A DNA stretch of 62,598 nt, counting the filler, from Bipalium vagum (Eukaryota): assembly GCA_037834085.1 (NCBI GenBank). It is 3 parts of 3 records of this genome, joined end to end, with 100 filler letters (N's around TTAATTAATTAA, not from the genome) between each part and the next. Parts side by side here need not be neighbours in the genome. Positions count along the whole stretch, not along the records: positions 46,312 to 62,598 come from JBBMKC010112443.1; 2 more parts are not named here. One strand, written 5' to 3'. A model generated the notes under the pieces. That model saw nothing but the letters and a program-made list of their open reading frames with translations, had not been told where the DNA came from and made no database searches. Shown here one piece after another: positions 50,012-62,598 of the stretch (position 1 is the stretch's first letter; each line of letters begins with the position of its first letter). A program made the position numbers and the translations under genes.

Positions 50012-51246
50012 TATCCATTGCTATAAAAAATTGGCACTTTTTAAAATGAAAACTTCTCTAGGATAATGACCTTTATTTTAAACTTTTTTGGTTTGTTAAA
50101 GACATTTACACAGACAAAAATACTTTGAGTTTAATATTTTATCTTTTCTCCTTTCAAAGCAATACAACTTTGAATTCTTCGGGATATAGACAGAAATAAT
50201 GTCTTCAAATATGTCAGTACGAGTCCGTCCTAAACATTATCAACAATTCTCTCCAAATCAATCATATTTTTTGAATTTTGTCGTTCTACTTCTCTCATCA
50301 TTAGCTCCAAACATTTTCAATTGGATTCAGCTCTGAGGGGTTTGCCGGTCACGGAGTAACGGTTATATTATTTGTAGCTAATCAATCGCTTGTCGTCTTC
50401 GAGATATGGGTGTTATTTCAATTTGTATTTAAAGAAACTTTGTTAAAATTTCCATAATACCTGTCAGAGCTTTCTGTAATATTCCTTGTTACGATTTGGA
50501 GTTAATCTTGCCTGGAAATTTTACCTATATTGATTTTCCTTTGATGCTCATTGCTAACCATACCATTAAAAGTTGATTCGATTTTGGTTTTTCTTTTTTG
50601 GGTCTGGACTTGGACCAAACTCCAATATGATTTGAATTTGTGTCACTGAAAATCCATCGAATAAATCTTGTCTTCTGGTGGTCTGTGCACCATTTGTTTC
50701 TCATATCTTTATTAAGTAAGGTAAATTTAGTGCAAACTTTGATACCAGTGACCCTATCCATATCTCATTTAAATATTTTCTTATTGTACTTGCAGCTGCT
50801 TTAGGACATCCTTTCTTCTTCATTCCAATGGAAATATCATGTGATGACATATGACCATTATTGAAGGCTAATTTAAAGAGTCGTCGTTTATCATTAATTC
50901 CAAATTTTCGAGGTCTTCCACTCTCACCTTCTCTTTTCACGAATCATCTTGAGATCTTCCATGATTGTTCTACTAGATCGGCCAGTAAGTTTCATAATCA
51001 TTTTGATGTCAGTGATCAGTGATCCCGAAGGAAACAAAACGTCCAAGGTTTTATGTCTTACAATGCTAGATTTAAAATAATTATAACATTCTATTGGAAT
51101 ACATTTTCTAATCAATAACTTACGATATTATAGAATTTTTTATTCCAATAAAGTATGAAAAATGAATTTCTTACAAATCTCAATTATATCATTATTTCAC
51201 AATTTTGAATGTTTCTCTCCAGTGCTCTTTTTTAAAGCAATGGATA
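50012..51246 (-). mobile_element. Full-length but decayed Tc1-like transposon with TIRs
   Basis: TIRs TATCCATTGCTATAAAAAATTGGCACT / TATCCATTGCTTTAAAAAAGAGCACT. Motifs SGRPRK, WIFSD, LMVWLAMS and NPSELNPIENVWS. Confidence 0.85.
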
Positions 51247-51789
51247 ATATTATTTTATTATTTTTTGTATATCTAAATCAGTTTAAATAATAATTTTAGA
51301 ACGTATTTAAAGTAAAAAGATAACGGTGACATTAAAAAAAGACCTCGAACATTTTATAACTGTAAAATTATGAAAAACATGAAAAATAATTATTTATTTA
51401 ATTAAATAATAAATATTATCTGGATTTCATTTCCCGTGCCAGTGTTCATTATCGATTGTTTAACTTCTTTTTTGTCATATTTGATTTAATGTTGTCGGTT
51501 TTCTGTGACTGAAGCATTAATTTTCATTTTCGGATTAAGAAAAAGTTTAATATTTTTTTATAAAACCGTCACATAATTCATTTTGTCAATTAATTAAAAT
51601 TGGAAAGAAAATAATTATATTTATAAAAAAAACATTTACTTTGTTTAAATTAAATAAATATTTGTTTAGATAAGGCGAAGTAAATTTTATGTTTATGTTA
51701 GGCGAAGTCATTGTCCTGAAATTATGTTCAGAAATTGTTTAAATTAATAAGTTGAGAAAAAATTTCCTTTTATCGCTTGTTTTAATGTT

Positions 51790-52400
51790 TAAAACTTTTT
51801 AAGAATAACCATTAACTGGAACACACTTATGTAAGCGGTTGTGAAGGTCATTCTTAACATCTTGGCACATTTCTTGTGATATTCTCGCTGCCTCCATTTG
51901 AATAATATGTATCAAGTTTTGGATATGTCTTAGTTTTCTTCTATGTACCTGTGTCTCCTGATGCCCACAAAGGAAATAATCAAATGGGGTTTGGTCCGGT
52001 GAATTATTGTCGGTTTCATTAATTAGGCCTTTACACATTGCACAATCTTCATCATGTAAATTAATTTGTACCTTGTATGGATAAAGTTAAAACTCTCTTC
52101 GTTCAATATTGTGTAGAACTTTAAAATTACATCAAATCTCCTTAGCAACAGTTCTTAGCAATTTCTCAGAGGCTTCTTCACAAACAGAGTTATTTTGCAT
52201 ATTTTTCCATTTTCAATTGATGGTCTTCCAGAATTTCAAAGATCACAAACACCCCCAGTTTCTTTGAATTATGCAAATATCTTTCTCATTGTCCACGCTG
52301 TGCGTATATTTTCAATCTCAATTGTTCTAAATACCGTCTGATTAATGTTTCTGATTTTATCTTACCTGTCAGTATTCCAATTTATAATCTTTCATCATTT
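51790..52400 (-). mobile_element. Internally deleted Tc1/mariner-superfamily relic
   Basis: SPDQTPFDYFLCGHQETQVH...C..VNG C-terminus and FKETG...GRPS HTH remnant. Confidence 0.65.
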
Positions 52401-53609
52401 GGAAACGCGATTAATATTTATATTTACTCCAATAAAATTCGATAATATTGATTTATTAAAAACAATTAAACACTTACATTAAATTTCGAAAAATCTATTT
52501 CTTAGAAAATTGTTAACGGAATATATTTAATTATCATCAAACTATTTTCTGAGCTCCAAAATCGAATACCTCCTTTATAGACCGTCTGTATTACTAATAT
52601 AAGGTACTTTGCTTGCCTTTTCTCAAGCCATGCACATTATCAAGTACAGAGCAGTAAAATCGTAATTTTTATTTATTTATTTTTGTTTTATTAATTAATT
52701 TTCATTGGGATTATTTGTTTGAAAATTATATCATTGAAAATAATTAATGCCATGTTTTGGAATTTGTATAATTATTCACAGATGAACAGATGTTCCTCCA
52801 GACAACATTTCGCAGATTCACATGATCTCCAAGGAAGATATTCCTTCGGAAATTGGTTAAATATTATTAAAGACTGAGGGTGAATTATCTTTTTAGTGAG
52901 CATGTGGATTGCATTCGTTGCTCATACGAATTGTATGGTGAAAAAATAATTTTTTGTTCAACATAGCTGAATTTGTCGTTTCTCTGCATTTATCTCGGCT
53001 GCAGACTGCTAAATCCTCCATCTATTAGATGCTCCTTTTCAGTTTCTTTTTGTTTTAATGGGGGAATATTTCTTTCAAAGATAATCTTTCTCAAAAGCCT
53101 TATAAAAACCATTAATGTGCAGCATTAAAAACGATTAAAGAATTATTATTAATATTAATAATATTATTATTATTAGGCTAGATATTTATTATTCGCTTGT
53201 GTGGAGAGAAGTGTCAGTTTTTTATATATAATATCATTTTAATATCATCATAATATAATATCATTTTGAAAATTATGGAACAAGTGCAACAAAATATTAT
53301 ATTTTATAATCGGCATAGAAAATTAATTTAATAATATTATAAATTAATAACTTAATTATCTTTTACTAAATCTGATGTTTCATTAATTCTTTTAAACAAA
53401 TTTACCCCTTTGTACCAGATACTTGATTCCTAATTAAAAATTAATAATTAATTTAATGACATTAATTAATATTTAATAAATTATTGATTGACTTAATTAT
53501 TAATAATTATAATTAATTATTGATATTATAGTGTGATGTTTTTAAATAATTTTCACTAATTTCTGATGTATTTATGAGGTGAGTAGAAAGTAACTGACTG
53601 TTTATACGT

Positions 53610-54363
53610 AGTCAAATCTCGTCACTATGCTACCTGTCCTGATCTAGCAAGACTGGCATAGTAACGAGGGTTTCTAAAAAGGATTTATTTTCTCCGTTGC
53701 GTTTGTTAAGATTTTCTAACAAACCGTTGCTGATAATGAAGTCCGTTCGCCACTGACAGGCAGATTATGTTCTCTTGCTTGCTTCAGTCATATGAGCACT
53801 CTTTCATCCACCTTTGGTTCTCGTGCTTGCGTCAACTTCTGACACTTCGATGGAACAACAGCTTTAATTGCAGCCTCGATTGCATTCTTCTTGCTGAGAA
53901 TGTCCTTCACGGTAGTTCTCTTAACTTCAACGCCCCACTTTTTGCTTATCTATGTGGCCAACTTGGATTGATTCTGTTCCTTCTTCGTAGTATCGATGAT
54001 TTCCTTTTTCTATTTTCGTTTAAAATTAGTTCGCTTGCCTTTCTGAGCTAACATTATGGGTTGAATTTGTGTGAGTGTTTATTTTTGCTCGAGATTTTCT
54101 GTGTCTATTATGAGCTTCAGTTGAAAACGTATATCGCTTTACATGTCGTGATTGGCCTGTTGAGGTGTTTCCTGGGAAAAGCATCGCGTGACTATTCTTG
54201 ACACGCAAAAATACCGACTTTACGATTCGTGCCTTTTAACAGTCACACAGTGGCATAGTAGCAAGAGTATGGGGTGACATTAAATTTATTTTGTTTAATG
54301 ATTTTGTCGGAACCTAGTAAAAGGGGTACAGTAGCAAGAGTGGGATAGTATCAAGATTTGACT
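53610..54363 (-). mobile_element. Non-autonomous pogo/Tigger element with TIRs and CENP-B HTH remnant
   Basis: Ends AGTCAAATCTCGTCACTATGC / AGTCAAATCTTGATACTATCC. Minus frame KKEIID...KKWGVEVKRTTVKDILSKK...EPKVDERVLI*LKQAREHNLPVSGE. Subterminal tagtagcaagag repeats. Confidence 0.8.
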
Positions 54364-57199
54364 TCATTCGACATTTACAAAAAGTTCTTCCCCGATAACT
54401 TAAAATTAATAAAGTATTTGGTATGAATGCAGTTTTGAGTCGCACTGCGCAAACCTGGTTCAAAATATTTAGTATTGTAGATGAGAATTTTTAAAGTGAT
54501 GCAGGCCCTGACCATCTCCTGACAGTTTAAAATCACAAAAAGGTTGAAAGAAAATATTGATATATTCATTATGTGATTGAAGCTGATATTATAAAAATAT
54601 TATTTGATCATCTCTTGATTTCTCATATCTCGGTTTTCTGAATGATTTTCCTTTTATTATTATTTTATCACTAACGTATTCATAGATTTTTCATTCATCA
54701 TCACTATCAAAATTGCCATGAGTAAACAAAACTCATTTTTATTTGTACATTTTCTTTCTTGACAAAGAATTATGTGACTTAGCCCTTTACATGTTCTACT
54801 TTGTTGGGACACTCACTAATTGGAGTTATGAGGTGACGCTGTGTGTTTCCCTTGGTGCATATGAGCACTCCTATGACATTGGAAATTATTAACTTTAACT
54901 ATATACTCTAAAGGGCGTAGTTTGAAATATTTTTGTGGATGAATTTTGATAAATAGAGACCTCATTTAGAATAACGAATAATTAAATTCCTAAATTAAGT
55001 TTTTAAAATTGATATTAAAACGTAAAAATTTGCTTTTTAAATAAGAGTTTCTTAAATTCTTTAAGTTAAAAAGTTTTTGTAATTATTAAAAAGTAATAAT
55101 AATAAAAATAGCAATGAGGAGGATATTTAAAAACGCATTTGTTTGAATAATTGCTTTTAGAGTGAAAGCAGAAATTCAAATTATGTATAAAGCAGAATAA
55201 AAATTTCTCATTTTAAGATTTTCCCATTAGTAGACGTAATACGGACTTCAGATTATTATCGATATTAATGGTCAAATTACGTCCAACCAATACATCCAAA
55301 GGATGTGGTATTGAGTGTACAGTATTTAATGTACAGTACATTACAGTTAAATCAAAAAACATGAAGAAGGATTGTCTTTCAAGACTGTAATCAATTAATC
55401 ATCCAGTAACAGTCCACTTTAGGTCGACCTAAACGTGGCTTGTCTTCGAAGTTCAAATCTCAATTACTGAACTTTTATAGTTGTTAGCGACGCTTATATA
55501 ATTGAAAATTGAAACATTTGTACAGGATTCCGAAAGGAACTGAAAAGGTTGTAAAACATTGACTTAGGTAAACATAATTTTCTACGTAATTTTTTTAATT
55601 GCATAGATTTTATGGAATTTTTTAGTATACATTTTTCTGTGTATTTTTTTCTGTACATTTTTCTATACATAATTTTGTATATGTATTTTGCGACAAAATG
55701 TTACTCACCATACATAAGTTTTCATAGATTCAATATAAGTGAAGATGAGGTTTAAATTAAGTTTGACACAATTATATGAGCATAAATATACTAAAATAAA
55801 GAAAATAAAAAGTTTTGTAAATACCATTTTAAAGATAACAAAAATTCAAATGGAAGAAGAATCTCAAAATATAAAGAATTTCTTTAAGATTAAAAGAGAT
55901 AACATTAATATCAGGTAACGAACTAGAAAATAAAAATGATCCTTCCGCAAGTACTTTGGAAAATATAATATAAAGTTTACCAGAAAACTGATTCATATTT
56001 TATTTTATTTTCATTTTCGATTGAAATCAGATAAAATTTGATTAGTTATTTTATTAAGCTCTTTAACATACCATTCTTGAGACATAAAAGGCCCAGGAAA
56101 ATTTTCTTCCCCTACAAAAATTAAATGGTAAAAATGAACATTTTGTCGAAGAAATTGGAAGAAATATATATATATATATCACATTCATTTTTGAGATTTT
56201 TGATTACTCTTATAAAAATAATTACTTATATTTAATTATTTCCTGCAAATCTCAAAAAATGAAAATGCAAATGCAAATGAAAATTATTTTAATGAAATAA
56301 TAATTATTTTTTTCATTAAACTAAAATTCAATTTATTCAATTTCGAAACTAATTTCCATTTTCTTCAATATTATTTAAATTATAAAAAAGAAATTTTTTT
56401 CTTTTTTATTCATTTTTTTATAACACTGTAATCTTCAATATGCTAACTTTCCAAAGTATTATTATTATTATTATTTTTTTATTCTAATTATTTTTTTATA
56501 TTTTCGTATTTATTATTTCATTATTTTATTATCATTTATGAAATTTTAAATATGTATGCATAATTCAATTTATTTTTTTTGTTTTTTCAGAGGATTTAAT
56601 TAAAGTAATTTTTATAATCAATCATTTAGAAAATGACTTTAATATAATTCTTTATATAAAAAGAACAGATTTCTTTTTCTTACCAGATTTACTTTTAATT
56701 CACTTTTATCTTCTGTATTAACTGATTCTTGTTTCATTTTCGTTTTATTTAATTTATTTGATTATTATTTTCCATATTTATTAATTTTTTCTACCGTTTT
56801 TAATTTTGCATTATACTACAAACACGATGAAAAAGGAAAAATTTGATCTGTTCTTTAAAAAGAAATAAATTAAATTAAAAAAAATTTTATTAATTGATTA
56901 TAATTATAAATTTATTTCACATAAATAAATAAAAATATTTTTATAAGAAAATTTAATTTTTTTCTAAAAATTTATATTCGTCAACCGTGAATGTTGCGAT
57001 AAATTTTCATCAATATTTTTTTCATAAAAAATGTAAAGCATTAAAAAAAATATTAGTTAAATTTTATTATTATTATTATTTATAATTAAATATTATATTT
57101 TTACAAGTCATAAATGTTGTGATTCTATTATGAATGATGGAAATATTAAAAGTAATGAAAAAGTAATGAAAATCAATATATTAGGTTGTTTCAGAAGTC

Positions 57200-57850
57200 T
57201 TTACCGGAAAGATAAATAGAAAAAATATTTATTTTATAAAAACACAAGAATATTTTATTCGATAATAGAATGCCTATCTTTATCAATTACCTTAGTCTAA
57301 CGTTCAAACAAAAGTTCAATACAATGCTTGAAGAACCTCTGGTCTTTTCCGGTGATATACACAGAGAGGGCAACTTCAACAGCGCATTTGCTATTGAATT
57401 CTTTTCTCTTTAAGAAGTGCTGTAATGAAAGGAAAGATTATACTCTGTTGAAGCCATATCTGGATTATATAATTGGTGAGGAAGAAGTTCCTATCCAAAC
57501 AATTTAGATTCTGCCTGGTCATTTTTGTATTATTATTTCAGTTTTGTATTATCTCTTTGAAGAATACGCTTCGGCGATTAAGCAGAGATTGTCTGGTAAT
57601 TTTCAATTTATCACGTAGTTCACTTAATTGTCACCACACCAGAGAAGAACTTATTTCGGATAAAACCCGGTAGACCCGTAGAGGCTTGTCTTGCATATCA
57701 AAATCATTTTCGAAACTTCTTAAACTAGTTTTCATTTGTACTTAAGCTAATAGGTTCGAATAACGCCATAGATAACCGATTATTAGACTATTTGGCATTT
57801 AATTTACACTTAAACTCAAACTCTTGAGTTAATTCCATCTCCAAGAACAA
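57200..57850 (-). mobile_element. Mariner relic, same family as 5985-6290
   Basis: PHQLYNPDMASTE..LSFITALLK (YSPD-like) segment and a near-identical 3' end. Confidence 0.7.
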
Positions 57851-58099
57851 GAAATCTTAATAAATAAAATGTAAGAATACACTATTTTTATACAAAAGCA
57901 CCTTTAAATAATATTATTAGATTATATCATATTTTCTCTTGAATTTAATGTATTACAGTTTTTGTTTTCAACCAGATTATATTTATTGATTAGTAAATAC
58001 ATTTATTTGAAATCTATTTTACTTATTAAAAAAATTATAGTAAGTATATTTATATATCATTTAATTTTTTTTTTAAAAATTCACAGGTTTGAAATGATA

Positions 58100-58690
58100 T
58101 TTTCGACACCTATTATTATTTTACTTTAATTTATTTAACAAAGCAGCAGAAGCTGTCAAGGAAATTAGCAGTGTGTTCGGAAAAAATGTTTTGGCCTGGA
58201 CAACTGTAAAATATTGATATAATGAATTTTAAATTGGCACATTTGACCTCCAATACAAGCTGCATACCGGTCGTCCATCCAATTTCGAAAAGTGATTCTT
58301 CTCCATTATAATGCCAACATGAACAAGGAAATATTACCATAACCACCCTCAAAGAGCTCGATTTGAAGGTTCTTCCACACCTTGCGTATTCTCCGGATCT
58401 TGAGCCAACTGATTTTTATGTTTTCCGCTCCAAATCAAACCAAATAATAGGTATTACTTTTCAGAACGAGTAAATTTTAAAATCTTAAAATTTGGAAAAC
58501 AAATTTCTTTCAGAGCAAATCTAGCAATTTCCGGAATAAAGGTTTCAAAAAATTGATGGAAAGATAGGAGCAGATGACGGAAACTATGTTATCAATTGAT
58601 TTTCATTCTTATTCGTAATTAAACTATGTTTTAATTACTTCATTTTATGTATTGTAAAATATCACGAAAAAAAAGTTACAACCTAATACT
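58100..58690 (+). mobile_element. Internally deleted mariner relic
   Basis: FDLQYKLHTGRPS HTH linker and LEVLP-like LKVLPHLAYSPDLEPTDFYVFRS motif; end acaacctaata. Confidence 0.75.
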
Positions 58691-59524
58691 AATCTCGACA
58701 TAATTGACGTTTACATTGACGAACTTATACATCAGTCGACTATTCCATTGTATCCTATTTCAATAAAATTTTGATACTTCTTCATGAGGAATATCGTCAC
58801 AGTATTCTTAATATCGTCTATTGAAACAAATAAATGTCCTTACTTATGTTTCCTCAGCTCAATGAACAACCAAAAATCCCCTGTGCAAGATCTCGTTAAT
58901 GTGTCTTATATTTGCTTGACTGTGTAAATAGAAATATTGTCATGGAGCATGTCCTGGCAGCGTATGATGTTTGATGCTTCCGGTTTTAAGGGGCAATCAA
59001 AATTTAAGATTTCTTCAGTAAAATATAGCTACCATTTGTATTCTAAAAGACATAAAAAACTTACGATGCAAAATACGAAGACGTAAGACTGTGGATGTGT
59101 TCTTATTTTCATATTTCTTTGACTTTCTTTTAGGGAAAAGGTTGAAATTCAATGGTGTTTCCTCATTACTTATTATATTCGATACAAATTTGTTCTGACT
59201 GCATTCAGAAAAGGAATATTCCTTTCATAGGTAAATTTTCGTCTAGCTATCGTCTATCTTGTTTCGGTATTCATTGCAGACTGAACTTAGGCATATCACA
59301 GCTTGGCATTGGTTAATAATTCTTTTTCCTCCATGATCACTGAGTAGTATTTGAAATATTAGACAATACATTTGCCTTCTTCTTTAATCCATTTTAATTT
59401 TCTTAATTTCATATTAAACTGCAGTCATATCTTCTATTGGGGGTCAGCATGGACATGTTGAGAACAACGAGAACTTAGAAAATTATGTAGAATACATCTT
59501 TATTTCCTTTTTCCAAAAATGTCA

Positions 59525-59600
59525 TTTACTCAGTTGTTAGTGAAAATTAATCGGAGATACCGGGATTCGAACTTAACAAGGGATAGACAAGGTTAGTATC
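59525..59600 (-). repeat. tRNA-derived SINE-like fragment
   Basis: Reverse complement reads gttcgaatcccggtatctccgattaattttca, matching 49460-49490. Confidence 0.45.
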
Positions 59601-60499
59601 AAGTCAAACTTGAATCAGTTCAAAAGTTATTTTTATTATGGACCAATGATAGTGAGATAAATCGGCCTGTGTTAAAGGTCAAACTGTCGGAAGCACGCAA
59701 CCCATTCGAGATTTATTTGTCCGTTTATTTCCCACTTTCCGTTGCTGCTGCTGCTGCTGCACCTGGGTCTCGATTTTTAAAACCCAATATATATTGATTA
59801 ATTAATAATTGTCGAAATTTGGAAATTTTCAATTTAGAACAAATTAATAAAAACCTCAATGAGATTTCATTGATAATTCAATTTAACAAAGAACGTCTTA
59901 TGAAATTTAAATGCATAATTGTGTTGAAGAACTCTAAATCATTCACGAATCCGGAACTGGATATCGTTTTGTTTTTGCCAGCTTCTCTTCTTAATTCTGA
60001 TGAGCTGAGAAGTTCATTGTTCTCCAATTCAAAGGAGCGAAAGGACTACGATGCTCAATTGAATGAGCTGATAAAAAATTAAAAATAATAAATAAATAAA
60101 AGTAAATGGACAGCTTTTGACGTAAAATATAAATACTTAAATCAGCTTCAATTATCGACGGGAATCAGCAGGACAATTTTTTGTTATTATTATTATTATT
60201 ACAATTATACGAGGATCCTTCTTTGACGATTTCAAGAAGAATTTTGATTCCAAATCTGTTGGGACTTTGCGTAATGCTGGTTTACAATCTCCCAAAGTCA
60301 ATCGACTTTTTCTTTGAAATAATCATTAAATCAGATATAAATATATTCTTCAAATATTTATTTCAGAAATTGGCATCTATATTATTTATTTATATTTTTG
60401 GAATAAATAAAACTATTGGGGTCAGGTCAATTAAATGCTTCATAATTGATAAAGTCGCAGTTATGTAGTGTGAATATTTTTAATGACATTTTTGAGATA

Positions 60500-60920
60500 A
60501 ATATCGATAATAATAACAAAAATTATAGTAATAATAATAATGATAATAATGTTAATAATAAAATAAAAATTATAATGATTATTATAATAATGATTTTAAG
60601 AATAATAAAATAATAATTGCAATAATAATGATAAAAATTAATTTTATAATAAAAATAGTAATAATAATAATGTTAATAATAATAAAAAATAATAATATTA
60701 TTATTATTAATAATAAATAATAATAATAAATAATAATAATTATATTATTATTATGATAAAATATTATTATTAATAAAAATATAAATAATAATCATAATGA
60801 TAAAAATATTAATTATAATAAAATAAAATATGAATAATAATAATATTATTATTATCATAATCATATAAAACTGTTAGTAATAAAAATAAATAAAGAAAAT
60901 ATTATTTAAATTAATAATCA
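60500..60920. repeat. AAT-rich low-complexity tract
   Basis: Directly visible in the sequence. Confidence 0.9.
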
Positions 60921-62598
60921 TTTGAGAAATTATCCTTTTGGAAGACTGCAAAACTATTTTGATAATTGTAAAAACTTTAAGTCCCCTTTTGATTAAAGGC
61001 AAATTTTGGGATAAATTGTACAATCAGTCCATTCAGGCTTTTGGATTGCGATTAATAATTTATTTAACGAGGAGAATTAAACAAGATTAATAAGATTAAA
61101 TAAAAAATGGGTATTTTTTATTAAGATTTAAAATTGTTAGACGAACAAGTATTAAATGACTTTTTTATTATAAAATAAAAAATCATGACTTTTTGGTTTG
61201 AGAATTAATTATTTGGAGCTGTCCTCACTGGAAAATTTTTCTCCTCGTTTATTTTTTTGCAGCAAAATTTCCTAATAATCTATCAATATTTTTTTTCGTT
61301 ATATATTCAGAGAAAATACATTATTCTTTTAGCATGACATCTGTAATTACTTTCTCAGATTAGAACTGAAAATATTAATAATTGAAATACTTTTTATGCA
61401 AACAAAAAATTTTAATAAAGTTTTTATTTTATTTCTCTAAACTTTGCTCATAATTGAAAAATAATTAGACTTAATTAAAAATGATAAAATAATATTGAAA
61501 ATATTTTTCATTGTTTAAAAATCATTTCATTAATGTTTGGTTTTTGCATTTTATTTTGTTCATTCATTTGTGACTCATTCCATCTGAGCAAGTATCAGTA
61601 AAAAAATATGGGCACTGTTTCCTCAATGGCGAACAACATTATTAAAATTTGAATTTACTGTAATTAAAGTCGATAACATTGATTTATTGAAACAATTAAT
61701 CAATTCATTAAATTTCGGAAATTATAATTAGAAAAATTTAAATTGAATGTATTTAATTGCCGACCTTGGTAAAGCCCAGATGGACGAAGAACAAAGAAGA
61801 AAAGTGAAGGAAAACTTAAGTAATGCAAGACTTAATTAATTTCATAATTCCGGATCCAACGCAATGGAAGACTCCCAGAAGATACATGCAGATAACTGCA
61901 GAAGACCATCAGTATGAAGAATGAAGATAGTTAATTTGTATTTGCCACTTGGCACATTTTTCTGTTGTATTGTTAAAAATAAATTATTTCTATGTTCACA
62001 GCCAGTTATGATGCTTCTGTCACAGAATTTTTATTAAAACAATAAAACCATATGTATCTCCTTTTATCACTGCAAACTGTCATATCACGCTAATAACTGC
62101 GAATTATATAAATAACGACCAATCATATAAATGACATGAGAATATTAATCGATTACATAGTGATCAGTGAATAACTATGGAATGAAATAAATCGGAAAGA
62201 TAACAAAAAAATAATCATGAAAACCCACAATATTTCAATTCCGTTGAGGTTGTCTCTCTCTGTATTTACTATTTCTCTACTAAAATCGTTTCTCGGCAGA
62301 AGTATCGTTTGATAAATATTGTAATTAACACAAATATGTTCTCCAATTTTTCCTGATTTTGCTTTTAATATTAATTATTATTACTAACTATTAACCAAGA
62401 CTGTTATGACTATTAGTATTACTTAAGTTGTTAGAAAAGTTTTAAGAAACAATGATAAAAGAAACTGGCTATAATATTGAGAAAAAAATTGTTGTTGAAT
62501 ACGATATGTTATGATATCACTGACATAACCCCTCCGAGAAAATGTAGTCTTGTTGACATTCTAGAATTAGACAAATTGAGGTTTGCAAAATTTGTAAC

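Noticed and set aside
58700-59520. Possible decayed non-LTR retrotransposon
   Set aside because: Only vague resemblance; no RT motif could be read.

Overview
Very AT-rich, transposon-littered eukaryotic scaffold with three N-gap regions. The composition, the 42-49 nt introns and the repeat families suggest a planarian or similar flatworm (inference). Three host genes are present: a TM+C2 synaptotagmin-like exon (- strand, ~6.4-7.5 kb); a 3-exon, ~717 aa zinc-finger gene (+, 19634-24691) with a duplicated ~110 aa extended zinc-finger module; and a complete 6-exon IQCG/DRC9 gene (-, 31683-26000, ~393 aa). The richest region is a retroelement nest at 33.7-42.5 kb. It holds a decayed Ty3/gypsy pol whose polyprotein appears to continue past integrase into membrane segments, a second retropepsin, ankyrin repeats and a catalytically degenerate DEDDh exonuclease. 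It also holds the 3' end of another LTR element with a chuvirus-type (gB-like) envelope fragment, PPT and 257 bp LTR, plus two head-to-head LTR-like repeats. Two Polinton/Maverick relics (PLA2-like + integrase; pPolB N-terminus) and many DNA-transposon relics (mariner, Tc1, pogo/Tigger, Merlin, CGGBP-like hAT) fill the rest. All family calls come from manual motif recognition, not database searches.
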